Source: Escherichia phage vB_EcoM_G2494
DNA length: 64,000 bases
Sequence record: MK327935.1
Direction: 5' to 3' (one strand)
Shown: positions 1 to 10,980 of the stretch, piece after piece
How the letters are laid out: each line of letters opens with the position of its first letter
Numbering within the stretch: the stretch's first letter is position 1
Program-made: the position numbers and the translations under genes
The notes under the pieces: model-generated
Told to the model about the DNA's origin: nothing
Databases searched by the model: none
What the model saw: the letters and a program-made list of their open reading frames with translations, nothing else

Positions 1-316
1 CTCTTTGATACAGCACGCATAGACGCACGAAAATCATTAATCATCATCATTGCGCGTTGCTGCTTATTGAGACCCTTTGCGCCTTTCCCTTTTAGTTTTT
101 CAACTTCTATTGCTGTTTTAATTTCGCTGGCATAACGAGACATACTTTTAGTGAAAGTCGCATAGGCTATTCCCTTAGAATCTGCAAATGCTTTAGCTGT
201 CATGCCTTTGGCTTTTGCTTTCGCAAATTCTACACCCAATTCGACCCACTGTTTAGACTTTCGTTTTTGGGGAGACGGCTTTTCGTCTTCTGTGATTATT
301 TCAAATACGCTCATAA
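1..316 (-). CDS. partial ORF, N-terminal ~105 codons, continues past window start; occupies the position of T4 gene 2 (DNA end protector) by synteny only
   Basis: ATG at 314-316 on minus strand with open frame to position 1 (MSVFEIITEDEKPSPQKRKSK...); absent from ORF track because no stop in window. Confidence 0.35.
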
Positions 317-325
317 TATTATCCT

Positions 326-802
326 CTATTTGTTAAGCCCTTTAAAGCCAAACACTTTCTTTAATGCATGTTCGGTGATGATCTTAAACTCCATGTTATG
401 CTTTTGACATAAATCAACCGCAGCTTTCCACTTTTCCGTGTTTACAGTATATGTGTAACACTCTTGCATATATCTTTGCTTAGTCTTAGTGGTTATTCTT
501 TTTGGCCTTTCTGGTGGCCTTGTCTCTTTTGCTGGTTTTATTTCCCATAAATGCTCTTTACCATCATCAAACTTAACGTATATATCCATGTAGTAGCGCC
601 TTTTTTTGTTATCGGCGCTGGACCAGTATGGAATCACTACGGTCTCTGACCCCCATTTAGCGACTCTAGGGTTACGGTCTAGCCACTTAAAAATGTGCAA
701 CTCCCAGCTTGACCTATACGTTATTTTATGCAAGTTATTCCCTTTGTACTTCTCAGGATTTTCCGGTCTATACTTGCCCTTATAAGTGTTAGATCCTCCC
801 AT
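326..802 (-). CDS. gp4-position protein (head completion by synteny) with Vsr/PD-(D/E)XK-like nuclease motifs
   Basis: 158 aa, divergently oriented next to gp53 as in T4; motifs YRSSWE ... YMDIYV ... EIKPAKE resemble the endonuclease module attached to the gp17 intein. Confidence 0.5.
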   Translation of the reverse strand: MGGSNTYKGKYRPENPEKYKGNNLHKITYRSSWELHIFKWLDRNPRVAKWGSETVVIPYWSSADNKKRRYYMDIYVKFDDGKEHLWEIKPAKETRPPERPKRITTKTKQRYMQECYTYTVNTEKWKAAVDLCQKHNMEFKIITEHALKKVFGFKGLNK

Positions 803-817
803 TTTAGCACCCTTTAT

Positions 818-825
818 TATAAATA
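818..825 (+). promoter_or_regulatory. T4-type late promoter TATAAATA upstream of gp53
   Basis: exact TATAAATA about 30 nt upstream of the 858 start. Confidence 0.5.
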
Positions 826-857
826 CATAATACTATTTATCAATTGAGGGTGCTAAA

Positions 858-1412
858 ATGCTCTTTTCTTTCTTCCCTGCCATTGAATACAACGGCAAGA
901 TGATTACTGACATTGTGCGCAATTACCGCGCATATTTCAACGCAATAATTTCTGATTATAACATACAAACATATTACATTCAAGGTAGTCCACGACCGGA
1001 ACAAGTTGCATATGAAGTATACGGAAACCAACAACTTTATTGGATCTTGCTGATGCTTAATGACGTATACGATCCGTTCCATGACTGGATCACCGATCAA
1101 GAGACAGCATATGAATCAGCCGAACAGCGATATGCAAATGTAGGAGGAAATCAAGTATTATACCATGTTGATATTGACGGAAACAAGTATTGGAATCTTA
1201 CCGAATATCCGAAAGGATCAAGCAATTGGTATGATAAAGGGGATATTCATCACCGTTATTTGCAGTTTCAGGGTGCATTGTCGGCAGTAGACACACTGGA
1301 AGATGCGATCCTCCGCAATGAGGAACGACGCAAGATCAAGATCATAGATCCTACACAAATTAAACAATTTATTAACGCATTCATTCGAGAAATGGAAAAG
1401 GCTGATGTGTAA
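858..1412 (+). CDS. 53: baseplate wedge protein gp53
   Basis: 184 aa, immediately upstream of gp5; size and position match T4 gp53. Confidence 0.6.
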   Translation: MLFSFFPAIEYNGKMITDIVRNYRAYFNAIISDYNIQTYYIQGSPRPEQVAYEVYGNQQLYWILLMLNDVYDPFHDWITDQETAYESAEQRYANVGGNQVLYHVDIDGNKYWNLTEYPKGSSNWYDKGDIHHRYLQFQGALSAVDTLEDAILRNEERRKIKIIDPTQIKQFINAFIREMEKADV

Positions 1413-1423
1413 GGTGATTAATT

Positions 1424-3223
1424 ATGCTAATGTTTAATAACTCCGTTAAATGGTTTACCGGAATTGTAGAAAACAGGGAAGACCCATTAATGCTGGGGCG
1501 TGTTCAGGTTAGGATTCATGGTATACATCCCTCGCTATCCGCGCACGGTGACATTCAAGGTCTTCCAACCGAAGATCTATTATGGATTACGCCAGTACAA
1601 GATATTACAAGCGCGGCGATCTCCGGTATAGGTCAAAGCCCTACTGGTATTGTTGAAGGTTCAATGGTATTTGGTTTGGCTTTAGATGAACGTTATTTAA
1701 ACTGCGTTATTCTGGGTACTATTGCCGGACAATATACAGAGAAACCACTCACTACAGAGGGTTTTTGTGACCCTTCTGGTGCATATCCTCGTTATATTGG
1801 TAATGATGTTAATATTCTTGCTCGTGGCGGTATTAACCCAGAAACCGGGCAAACAACAAAACCTGATAGTGTCTATATTCGAGATGAAAACACTGGAGTT
1901 GCAGTAAATCCAGACGACGAGCCATTAGACCAAATTCCGGTTGATGATAATCCTGATTTTACAATAGAAAAAATGCTGCGGGGCGATGAGGGATATCGCG
2001 AGAAATGGTATCTTGATTCAGAAGGATATCCGACAATAGGCATCGGGCATTTGATCATTTATAAGAAAACCAGTGATCTGGGTATTATCAATAATGAACT
2101 TTCTAAGCTGGTAGGGCGTGAAGTTACAAACGGAAGACTTACAGCCGAAGAAGTTAGTAAAGTATTTGCTGACGATATAGAAAAGACTCGTCGTGATATG
2201 CGCAAACATCCACGAATTGCACCTGTCTATAATAAATGTAATGCCTCACGTCGTATGGCATTAGAAAATATGGCGTTTCAAATGGGTGTTAGTGGATTGG
2301 GTAAATTTAAGAATAGTCTTGCTGCGATGTTAGCGGAAGAATGGAAACAAGCCTATGATGGATTACGTCAATCGGTGTGGGCTAACCAAACTCCAGGACG
2401 TTCAAGCCGTGTTTCTAAAATTATTCTTACCGGTAACTTAGAATCATATGGCGTAATTGCTCCAAAGAAAGAGGAATCTGTTTCTGAGGATCCGCGAGCA
2501 CGTTTGAGAAATGCCCGTATTGCTGCCTATAAGACGCAGAGAGCAGAAGAAGACCCAGAAGCACCGTTTACCCCACAAGACACACGAATCATGTTTAAAG
2601 AGCCTAAGAGTTCGTATTCTGCAAGGTATCCATATAACCATGTGTACGAGTCAGAGAGCGGTCATATTATCGAGATTGATGATACTCCTTCTCATGAGCG
2701 ATATCATCGTAAACATCCTTCGGGTACATTTGAAGAAACCAGACCGGACGGAACGAGGGTAGAAAAGATTGAAGGTGATGATTATCTGATCGTTAAGCAA
2801 GGCCGTAAAGTAAACGTTAAGGGTAATTTGCAAGTTGTTGTTGAAGGTGACGCGCAAGTTTATTATATGGGTAATGTGATGCAAACCGTTGATGGTAACG
2901 TCACTGAATTTATTCGTGGCAATGTTAATCAGACCGTTGAAGGTACTGCTAACATGCATGTTGTCGGTGATGTTATCGCACAGCTTGACGCTAATTTAAC
3001 GGCTAATGTCAAGGGTAATGCTGAATTAATGATCGAGGGTAACACTACCGAAACAATTAAAGGTAACTATGATTTAACCGTTGAGGGTAATTTTAATATG
3101 ACCGTCAATGGCACTAAATCAGATCAGGTTAATGGTGACTGGTCCCGTAATTGTGGTGCAAGCGTTAAAGATATTGCATCTGGCACAGTTAAAATTGATG
3201 GTAGCCGTATTGATCTTGGGTGA
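1424..3223 (+). CDS. 5: baseplate hub/central spike with tail lysozyme domain, gp5
   Basis: 599 aa; lysozyme motif EGYREKWYLDSEGYPTIGIGHLI matches T4 lysozyme family; C-terminal VxGxxxxx beta-helix repeats (VKGNLQVVVEGDAQV...). Confidence 0.9.
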   Translation: MLMFNNSVKWFTGIVENREDPLMLGRVQVRIHGIHPSLSAHGDIQGLPTEDLLWITPVQDITSAAISGIGQSPTGIVEGSMVFGLALDERYLNCVILGTIAGQYTEKPLTTEGFCDPSGAYPRYIGNDVNILARGGINPETGQTTKPDSVYIRDENTGVAVNPDDEPLDQIPVDDNPDFTIEKMLRGDEGYREKWYLDSEGYPTIGIGHLIIYKKTSDLGIINNELSKLVGREVTNGRLTAEEVSKVFADDIEKTRRDMRKHPRIAPVYNKCNASRRMALENMAFQMGVSGLGKFKNSLAAMLAEEWKQAYDGLRQSVWANQTPGRSSRVSKIILTGNLESYGVIAPKKEESVSEDPRARLRNARIAAYKTQRAEEDPEAPFTPQDTRIMFKEPKSSYSARYPYNHVYESESGHIIEIDDTPSHERYHRKHPSGTFEETRPDGTRVEKIEGDDYLIVKQGRKVNVKGNLQVVVEGDAQVYYMGNVMQTVDGNVTEFIRGNVNQTVEGTANMHVVGDVIAQLDANLTANVKGNAELMIEGNTTETIKGNYDLTVEGNFNMTVNGTKSDQVNGDWSRNCGASVKDIASGTVKIDGSRIDLG

Positions 3224-3231
3224 GGTAACTA

Positions 3232-3798
3232 ATGGTTGAAATTCTTCCGATGAGTTCAAAATTGGAGGATATCAGCGAGCGAGAAATCTTTGAGGTGGTG
3301 TTCTCTTATAAAGCAACGCCACCGGATGCAAATACCACATACACGATTAAAGAGTTTAAGATCAGCGAGTATCGCCCTAATAAGGGCGTTACCGTTGAAG
3401 AAACTAAAATATCTGGTGAGTATCGTGATAGTTTTTCGCTTGGCGCGGATTCTCTTAAATATATAACGAAAGATCGAATTAAAAAATCTGCCGGAAGTTT
3501 TGATGATTTACCAGATCCAACTACCGCAGATCTATATTATTTTAACGCTCCTACACGTCTACAGGAGGTTTATACTTATAAAGTAACCCTAACCTATATC
3601 CAATCTGTTTCAGAGTCTTCTGGGGGTTCTGGTGAAGGAAATAGTGGTGGTTCCAATAGCCGAGAGGGTGCTGGTGAAACTAATCCGCCTCCGGTAGTAA
3701 CAGAACACACAATAGAGAAAGTTTATACTCAAACCGTTTTTGGAAATTGGGATGTGTGGGCGCAGCAACTAAGAGATTATGTACATAGGGGTGTTTAA
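3232..3798 (+). CDS. hypothetical protein at the gp5.1 position
   Basis: 188 aa ORF between gp5 and gp5.4; Gly/Ser-rich linker; no recognised motif. Confidence 0.4.
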   Translation: MVEILPMSSKLEDISEREIFEVVFSYKATPPDANTTYTIKEFKISEYRPNKGVTVEETKISGEYRDSFSLGADSLKYITKDRIKKSAGSFDDLPDPTTADLYYFNAPTRLQEVYTYKVTLTYIQSVSESSGGSGEGNSGGSNSREGAGETNPPPVVTEHTIEKVYTQTVFGNWDVWAQQLRDYVHRGV

Positions 3799-3852
3799 TG
3801 GCTGGCGGGTGTCGATGCCCCGCCGTCATAAATAGTTATATAATGATTTAAT

Positions 3853-4605
3853 ATGAGGTGTTTTATGATTAAAGTGCATGACGATTTCAAAGAACTTTAT
3901 AATGTATGCTCTGAACGTTTTTATTATGATGAAACGAGCGGAACAATTAGACGAAAATATGATTGTAAGAGCAATCATTATAAAGCGGGTGATGTAGTAG
4001 GATATAAAAGAAAACAAAAAAGAACAAATAGTGAAGATGATGTGTTCTATATGTTTACTAAGATTGATGGAGTTTCTTATTCAATTCAACAAATTGTCTT
4101 CTTGCTTACCGAAGGGTATATACCCAATTGCATCGATCATATTAACAGAGACACACTAGATAATCACCGTGAAAATCTTCGTGATGCATCGCGAAGCGGA
4201 AATGCTCGCAATAAATGCAAGGTATATAAAAATGGTTTCGCCTCTTCCGATTACATTGGTGTGTCTAAGCGGGGTTCTGGATTTAGGTGTCGTATTAGAA
4301 TAGACCATGTTATTGCATATGATGAAACGTTCGAAAATGAAACATCTGCCGCATATGCATATAACGTAGAATGTATAAAATTAGGTGTCAGTGAGTATAC
4401 CAACTTTAATAAATTTGAAGACGAAGAATCTGTTAGGAAACTTTACGAAAAAGAGAAAGAAAATAAAGAGTTTCAAGAATATTGGAAGGGAACACATAAA
4501 CAGGGTAAACGATGGGGCGCTAAAGTTAAGAGTGTGCGTTTGGGTACATTCGAAACAAGGGAAGAAGCTAGACTAGCTATAATTCGCTACAAAGAGGGGT
4601 TTTGA
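3853..4605 (+). CDS. free-standing HNH homing endonuclease with AP2-type DNA-binding domains
   Basis: HNH motif [18 protein letters not shown]; AP2-like segments [15 protein letters not shown] and [23 protein letters not shown]; inserted between gp5.1-like and gp5.4. Confidence 0.8.
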   Translation: MRCFMIKVHDDFKELYNVCSERFYYDETSGTIRRKYDCKSNHYKAGDVVGYKRKQKRTNSEDDVFYMFTKIDGVSYSIQQIVFLLTEGYIPNCIDHINRDTLDNHRENLRDASRSGNARNKCKVYKNGFASSDYIGVSKRGSGFRCRIRIDHVIAYDETFENETSAAYAYNVECIKLGVSEYTNFNKFEDEESVRKLYEKEKENKEFQEYWKGTHKQGKRWGAKVKSVRLGTFETREEARLAIIRYKEGF

Positions 4606-4898
4606 TGGCTGGTTTATCATATGACAAAGCAAAAACTACTGGACATGGTAATTACGGTCCGACAATAATTAATGCAACTCAATCTAAGGTATTTGTTGAG
4701 GGTATCCCTGTATTAGTCGAAGGAGACCCAATTACACCACATACAAAAACAACAAAGCCTTATGATACACACGGGGGAACTACGGTCGCCAGTACCCCGA
4801 AAGTATTTGTTACCGGAAAGAAAGCAATTCAAATGGCAGATCGTATTAGCTGTGGCGATACCGTCGCTATGGCATCACCGAAGGTATTCATAAAATGA
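4602..4898 (+). CDS. 5.4: PAAR-type spike tip protein gp5.4
   Basis: 98 aa, Gly/Thr/Pro/Val-rich, sits between gp5 region and gp6 as T4 gp5.4. Confidence 0.7.
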   Translation: MMAGLSYDKAKTTGHGNYGPTIINATQSKVFVEGIPVLVEGDPITPHTKTTKPYDTHGGTTVASTPKVFVTGKKAIQMADRISCGDTVAMASPKVFIK

Positions 4899-6799
4899 CA
4901 AAGCAAAAGATTACACAAATTCCTGATATTTTTAATGCTGCTACATTCGATGAAATTAAAAGCGCATTAACAGACTGGATGAGAAACCAGGAAGAATTTA
5001 AAGATTTTGATTTTAATGGTGCTGGTATTAACGTATTGATGGACTTGCTCGCATATAACACTCTGTATATTCAGCAATTCGCTAACGCCGCGCTATATGA
5101 ATCTTTTATCAGAACGGCAATTAAGCGTAGTTCAGTTGTTCAAGCCGCGCAAGATTTAGGATATTTGCCAGCAAGTAAAACTAGTGCATCGACCACAATT
5201 ATGTTGCACGTATCACATCCGCGAAATCCGGCAAGTATTCGAATCCCACGAGGAACTAAATTTATTGCAAGTGTGGATCGCCAGACTTCTTACCCGTTTG
5301 TGACTACAGAAGACGTTGTGAGCGTTTTAGGTTCAAATGGTTTATATACGCCTATGCTTAAAGTCGCACAAGGTCGTATTGTTCGTACAGAAATGTTATT
5401 TGATCCGAAGAAACAAATTCTGATCCGTGATCCTGATATTGACCGCGCTCAGGTTAAGTTGTGGGTAGATGGTGCTGAATGGAAAGACTGGACACGAGAA
5501 AGCATTGTTAACGCAACTGGCGCTAGTAATATTTTCTATATGCGTGAAACCGTAGACGGTCATACAGAAATCTTCTTTGGTGAAGGTGAATCAACTTTAT
5601 CTGCTGCTGGCGGGGCGCTGGAAGCAAATTATATTGGTGGACTTAAGCCGTCAACTGGTGCTAATATTGTTATCGAATATATTAGCACTAAAGGCGCGGA
5701 AGCAAACGGTTCAGTTAATTTTACATATGCGGATACCCTTGCATCTATCTCTATTGTTAAAATTATTGAGAATCCGACAAATGATCGTGATTATGTCGGT
5801 GCAGATGGTGGTGGTGATCCTGAATCAATCGAACGTATCCGTGAACTTGCTCCGGTAATGCGTGAATCTCAGCGTCGTTGTGTGACTGCTTCCGACTATG
5901 AGGCTTTTGTGTCTAGCCGTTTTGGTAGTATTGTTCAGGCGGTACAATGTTTCACCGACCGAGAAAAACCGGGTTATGCTTTTGTTGCTGTTAAGCCTAA
6001 ATCTGGCTTGCGCTTGACAACCGTTCAAAAAGAAGATATGCGGGATTATCTGGCAAAATATAACCTTGCCCCTATCACGCCGAGCATCATTGACCCTAAC
6101 TATCTGTATATTAAACAGAATATTAAAGTTTCCTATTCAATCAACGACTTGTCAGAATCAGAGCAGTGGTTGCGCGGTGCGGTTATTGATCAGATTGATG
6201 CATATTATACCGACGAAGTGGAAATTTTTAACCAGACCTTTAGTAAGTCTAAAATGCTTGCGCGTATTGACAAAGCTGATGTATCTGTGATAGGTTCTAG
6301 TGCAGAAATCGAGATGGTGCGCGAGATCGACAACTTCTATAAAGCACCGATGGCGGGAATCAAGTTTTTAAACCAGTATAAGAGCGGAATCAAGTCTAGT
6401 TCATTCAACTTCGAAAAGGACGACAAGCAATATCCGATCCATTATGTAAGTACAGAAATGAACAAAGAATCAGGTTTAGCTAAATTGTTGGTTGGACCTT
6501 TCCCTGTTGATTCTACAATCGCTTTACCGCACTATTCCGGCACTGATTTTGATAAAGAGGTTATTGACGGGGCGGACCTATACTTTGAGGTTGGAGAAGT
6601 TCAGCATTATGACGACCTTATTTCATGGGATCTGGGTAAACTGAATATCAATAGCGATCGCTTTACTGGTTCATATATTGAGTTGACAGCTAAACCGATT
6701 GCTGATAACATCTTTACTAAAGACGGTTCTTTGATCGTGTTTGAAAACGATCTCCGTCCTCAGTACACAACTATTAGTCTGGAGGCAATTGCTCAATGA
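4895..6799 (+). CDS. 6: baseplate wedge subunit gp6
   Basis: 634 aa; long conserved blocks vs T4 gp6 ([50 protein letters not shown]). Confidence 0.9.
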   Translation: MTKQKITQIPDIFNAATFDEIKSALTDWMRNQEEFKDFDFNGAGINVLMDLLAYNTLYIQQFANAALYESFIRTAIKRSSVVQAAQDLGYLPASKTSASTTIMLHVSHPRNPASIRIPRGTKFIASVDRQTSYPFVTTEDVVSVLGSNGLYTPMLKVAQGRIVRTEMLFDPKKQILIRDPDIDRAQVKLWVDGAEWKDWTRESIVNATGASNIFYMRETVDGHTEIFFGEGESTLSAAGGALEANYIGGLKPSTGANIVIEYISTKGAEANGSVNFTYADTLASISIVKIIENPTNDRDYVGADGGGDPESIERIRELAPVMRESQRRCVTASDYEAFVSSRFGSIVQAVQCFTDREKPGYAFVAVKPKSGLRLTTVQKEDMRDYLAKYNLAPITPSIIDPNYLYIKQNIKVSYSINDLSESEQWLRGAVIDQIDAYYTDEVEIFNQTFSKSKMLARIDKADVSVIGSSAEIEMVREIDNFYKAPMAGIKFLNQYKSGIKSSSFNFEKDDKQYPIHYVSTEMNKESGLAKLLVGPFPVDSTIALPHYSGTDFDKEVIDGADLYFEVGEVQHYDDLISWDLGKLNINSDRFTGSYIELTAKPIADNIFTKDGSLIVFENDLRPQYTTISLEAIAQ

Positions 6800-9700
6800 T
6801 TAAAGCGCCTAGTGTAACTAGCTTGACAATAGAAAAATTGTCTGCTAATCAGGCGTATATCACATGGGATGACGTAGGCGAAAACTTCTTTTATTTTGTG
6901 GAGTTAGCCGAAACCAGAACACGAGACGGGGAGATCATCCCCGTCGATGAGTTAAGCTGGGTAAACCTGGGATATACTGCCGACCAAAACTGGTTTGAGG
7001 ATAAAAACCTTTTTCCAGAATATTATTACAAATTTCGTGTAGCAGTAGCCGCAGAAGGATTTGAACAAAGTAAATGGATTGAAACCGAAGAGTTTCAGAC
7101 ATTTAAAACAAACGCATATAATTTTTCTATGATGCGAGAGTTCAACCTTGCAAACGAGTTTATAAAGGAAAAATTTACATACGATAATCGAGAGTATGTC
7201 AAGTTTAATACCGACCTTATTCAAGCATCATTGATGAAGGAAGATTTTGTCTTTAGTCCTGAATATGCAAACATGACAAATATCTCAAACTACATTGTAG
7301 TTGATGAGAACTTTCATGAAATACAGGATCACATAGAAAAAGTTTGTATTGATATAAACCGCACTATGTTAGCGGAAATGAACGGTGTTTTGTACCTTTT
7401 CGAACGGTTCCAGCCGATTGTGAAAGTGTCAAATGATAAAGGTCAATCATGGAAAGCATACAAGGCTTTTAATGACCGTGTAGGAAATCCGGTTTCCCGC
7501 ACATGCGTTTATCAGTCTAAAACCACTACTTACGTTTTAGGATATGACCGAATCTTTTACGGACGACAAGCTAGCGATACTCGATGGAGCGCGGACGATG
7601 TTCGATTTAGTGATGATACGATCACTTTTGCAAAGGTTGGTGACGAGAACGATTTAGGCATTGACGTTGAGGTCTTTGGTGTATTTTCCAGATTAACAGG
7701 GGACACCACAAAATACGCCGAAGCTATGGCGTGCAGTGATGACTATTTGTGGGTTGGTGCTAAAGATGTTATTCGCCGGATTCGTCTTAAGAATACTCCA
7801 GTTGATACCGTACAGGGTTCGCCTACGTTTGGAGAAAAAATATTCGATCCTGATGTTATCCGAGTAACAGGAAATGATAAAGCTGTCATTCAGAAAATGG
7901 ATGTGATCGACGGTAAATTGCTTGTATTTGTTACTGGTGAAGTTAAACAGCGTTATCAAGATCCAACCAAACCAGAAAACGTTGTTCCGTCAGATGATGC
8001 GGGTGTATACTTAATAGGGAGTGATGGTCTGTCTTTTCAGAGAGTATTTGGCAACACTCCGCAGGAAAGGGAATATATTCAGCATGGGTTCAGTAATATG
8101 TCAACCAATGGTGATGAGGTGTTTATAAGCCATTATAATCATCACTTCGAAAGCATTTTACCTGATCCAGAAACTGCCGCGAAATATGAATTGGGCGAAG
8201 CTGTAAAATATTCTCAGGAGCCAACTTATCTAACTGATAAGAAAATACATCAAACTACTTTCAGAGCAAGTTATGATGATTTGCGTATTTGGGAGTTAGG
8301 ACCGCAAGCGTATTATAATGAGGCCGACTATACATGGATGCGTCGAAACGGTGTTCGTGTATGGATCACAAATGATAATCGCCCGTTGGTTGTTTATCCA
8401 GAAGTTGTCTATACGCAGGAAGTTGATACTTCCGGCATTCTTGATAAAAACAGAATTAACCGTGAAGTTTATGATAAAGGGACCGTGACCTGTTATCTTA
8501 ACAATGTTAAATTTGAAGGATTCAAACAATATGCATCCGGTGTAATGTTCCATAAAAACACGGGAGAGATCATTGGATTCTATCAATTTAATTATCGTGT
8601 TCGTGACCAAGTTGGTGTATATTGGAAACCTACAAATGTAGCATTTGTTGCTGAATTGCAAAATCAGGTTCGAGAGGTTCCCTGGGTTCCGGTTCACTAC
8701 GATCGAGAGCAAGATCCAGATTTGCGACCTTTACTGAATAAGATGACACCTGATAGCTTTTTACTTGAGAACGAAAATTTCAGAAAATTCTCTGAATATT
8801 ATCTGCAATTCTTAAGTGATGGTTCAGGAACATATTATAATAAACTAAAAAATCTGATTAAAAACAAATATCCACGCGAGCAAGATGCATATGAGTATCT
8901 TTGGTCAGAGATGAACAAACGAAACATCTATGCAGATAAAAACAAGCGAGATGCGGTAGTAAGATTCTTTGAATCCCGCAAATCAGATTTTTATTCCACT
9001 AAGGGCGTGGAGGCTTCTTATAAGTTCTTGTTTAAGTTACTTTATAATGAAGATGTGGAAATTGAGGTTGAATCACAAGCCGGACTAGAGTATGATATTG
9101 TTGTTAGTTCAACGAACATTGACGAGGATATCGTAGGTCGCACGATTTATACCCCGACCGGACGGGCTAACGTGACTTATCTTGAAAGGGAATATGAAGG
9201 TGGACGTCTACGCTGGCGAGTAACCATTCATAACCTGATCGGGCGGTTCGAAGAAGGTCAAGTGATCAAATCAGAGAAAACAGCGTTTGAAGGGATGATC
9301 CTTGTTGGTGTGCGTGGTAAAGAGTTGTTGAGTAGTTCAATCGACTATATCAACCGCTCACGAAGCCAATACACCATGAAGATTAAAAGTGCATTGCCAG
9401 TTTCGCGCTATGCAAATGATGTAATGCGATTCGTTCATCCTGTCGGCTTTGGGTTTATCGGTGTTACCCTGCTTACGATGTTCATTAACAGCGGGTTGAG
9501 CATGAAGCACACCGAGACGATAATTCAATCTCTGAAAAATTATAAGTTTGACAGCGGATTGCCTAGCGTGTATCCTGATCGGGTGGCAGACCTTGACGTT
9601 GACGGAAACATTAAGAAAGACCCACTAACAGGGAAACCATTATACTTAACGTCACCGACAATGGGCGAAGAGTTCCCCGTTCCTCCTGAATATGATCAGG

Positions 9701-9882
9701 AGAACAGCGAATTGTTCCACGGACTTAAAGCAAGCGAACGAAGATTTGCAATGAGTCCACTGTTTGACCAGTCGGCGGTAACATTCTCTATGTTCCGTGA
9801 ACTTGTAGATAAACGGTTGAAGGATAATATAGGGAATCCACGCGATCCGAAGAATCCGACACAGAGGAAAATTAATGGCTAA
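6796..9882 (+). CDS. 7: baseplate wedge initiator gp7
   Basis: 1028 aa, size and position as T4 gp7 (1032 aa). Confidence 0.85.
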   Translation: MIKAPSVTSLTIEKLSANQAYITWDDVGENFFYFVELAETRTRDGEIIPVDELSWVNLGYTADQNWFEDKNLFPEYYYKFRVAVAAEGFEQSKWIETEEFQTFKTNAYNFSMMREFNLANEFIKEKFTYDNREYVKFNTDLIQASLMKEDFVFSPEYANMTNISNYIVVDENFHEIQDHIEKVCIDINRTMLAEMNGVLYLFERFQPIVKVSNDKGQSWKAYKAFNDRVGNPVSRTCVYQSKTTTYVLGYDRIFYGRQASDTRWSADDVRFSDDTITFAKVGDENDLGIDVEVFGVFSRLTGDTTKYAEAMACSDDYLWVGAKDVIRRIRLKNTPVDTVQGSPTFGEKIFDPDVIRVTGNDKAVIQKMDVIDGKLLVFVTGEVKQRYQDPTKPENVVPSDDAGVYLIGSDGLSFQRVFGNTPQEREYIQHGFSNMSTNGDEVFISHYNHHFESILPDPETAAKYELGEAVKYSQEPTYLTDKKIHQTTFRASYDDLRIWELGPQAYYNEADYTWMRRNGVRVWITNDNRPLVVYPEVVYTQEVDTSGILDKNRINREVYDKGTVTCYLNNVKFEGFKQYASGVMFHKNTGEIIGFYQFNYRVRDQVGVYWKPTNVAFVAELQNQVREVPWVPVHYDREQDPDLRPLLNKMTPDSFLLENENFRKFSEYYLQFLSDGSGTYYNKLKNLIKNKYPREQDAYEYLWSEMNKRNIYADKNKRDAVVRFFESRKSDFYSTKGVEASYKFLFKLLYNEDVEIEVESQAGLEYDIVVSSTNIDEDIVGRTIYTPTGRANVTYLEREYEGGRLRWRVTIHNLIGRFEEGQVIKSEKTAFEGMILVGVRGKELLSSSIDYINRSRSQYTMKIKSALPVSRYANDVMRFVHPVGFGFIGVTLLTMFINSGLSMKHTETIIQSLKNYKFDSGLPSVYPDRVADLDVDGNIKKDPLTGKPLYLTSPTMGEEFPVPPEYDQENSELFHGLKASERRFAMSPLFDQSAVTFSMFRELVDKRLKDNIGNPRDPKNPTQRKING

Positions 9883-10870
9883 TGAAAATAGTGTGATCTA
9901 TCGCTCAATCATTACTAGTAAATTCAGAACGGAAAAACTTCTGAATTTCTATAATTCTGTAGGCGATGAGGCAAATCAAATTACAATTTATGGAACGTTT
10001 GGACGTTCGGAGCCGTGGTCAGAAAACGAAAAAGAGGTGGGCTTTGCCCCACCTTATCCGACCGATTCAACGGCTGGTGTTGTTGACATGTGGACCCATA
10101 TGATGGGGGCGGTTAAGATTAACAAATCACTTCTTGATGCGGTTATCCCTCGTAAAGATTGGGGTGATACCGGACAGGATAACCCGCGCACATTCTTTAT
10201 CAATGACATTGTTGTTGTCAACTCAGCACCATATAACCGAACTGATGTTGGTAGCGGCTGGATGGTGTATCGCGTAACCGATGTTCCTGATCGCGGTTAC
10301 TGCTCGATTTCAAGCATTGACGCTAAAGTAGAGTGTTTGAAGTTGGGCGGAAAGTGGACACCCACTCATGAATCAATTGCGCCACCTGTAGGAAAGGGCG
10401 ATTCTATTGATATGGGTGATGGGTATCGTTGGGAATATCTGTACACAATTCCACCTGATGCGGCGATCAACCGTTGCACCAATGAACATATTGTTGTACC
10501 GTTCCCCGATGAACTGCGACAAGATCCGGCGCGTTGGGGCTATGACAATGTGATCACATGGTATAATGACTATAATCTTCTTTATCGGCTGAAAGTAGTA
10601 ACTTTGCGTTTTCAGGCTTATATGGACTCTGCGCAATTCCCAACTACCGCGTTAGTGGGTAATACTGGTTTCCGTCAGTTAAGCATTATCCTTAACCCAT
10701 TGGAAAAGAAAGCACGCCCTAGCGATCCAGACGTTAAAGCGGTCAAAGATAAGTACCGACCGCAAGACTTAGAGCCACACTCAGGCGAAATGATCTACAT
10801 GGAAAACCGACAACCTATCGTTCGGTCATTAGATCAAACAGAACTTGTTTCTGTATTGTTTGAGTTCTAA
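9875..10870 (+). CDS. 8: baseplate wedge subunit gp8
   Basis: 331 aa; near-collinear with T4 gp8 (VIYRSIITSKFRTEKLLNFYNS, GEMIYMENRQPI). Confidence 0.9.
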   Translation: MANENSVIYRSIITSKFRTEKLLNFYNSVGDEANQITIYGTFGRSEPWSENEKEVGFAPPYPTDSTAGVVDMWTHMMGAVKINKSLLDAVIPRKDWGDTGQDNPRTFFINDIVVVNSAPYNRTDVGSGWMVYRVTDVPDRGYCSISSIDAKVECLKLGGKWTPTHESIAPPVGKGDSIDMGDGYRWEYLYTIPPDAAINRCTNEHIVVPFPDELRQDPARWGYDNVITWYNDYNLLYRLKVVTLRFQAYMDSAQFPTTALVGNTGFRQLSIILNPLEKKARPSDPDVKAVKDKYRPQDLEPHSGEMIYMENRQPIVRSLDQTELVSVLFEF

Positions 10871-10883
10871 GTGTATGATTTTA

Positions 10884-10913
10884 AAAGCCAATTCGAGAGA
10901 GTTGGCTTTTTCT
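10884..10913 (+). terminator. rho-independent terminator after gp8
   Basis: stem AAGCCAA/TTGGCTT followed by T-run. Confidence 0.6.
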
Positions 10914-10923
10914 ATTTTGAGTG

Positions 10924-10951
10924 TTGACAATCTTATTTGGTAAGGTATAAT
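10924..10951 (+). promoter_or_regulatory. sigma70-type early promoter
   Basis: GTGTTGACA, ~16-nt spacer, TATAAT, then ACACAC; same architecture as the minus-strand early promoters at 54-62 kb. Confidence 0.7.
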
Positions 10952-10980
10952 ACACACATCTAAACAACGGAGGATAAATT

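Noticed and set aside
1722-2959. Several 60-100 aa ORFs on both strands inside gp5
   Set aside because: Nested within a well-supported, conserved gene; no independent signals.
3804-3824. GC hairpin after the gp5.1-like gene as terminator
   Set aside because: Stem is present (GGCGGG/CCCGCC) but no following T-run; more likely an RNA structure or partial terminator, so not listed as a feature.
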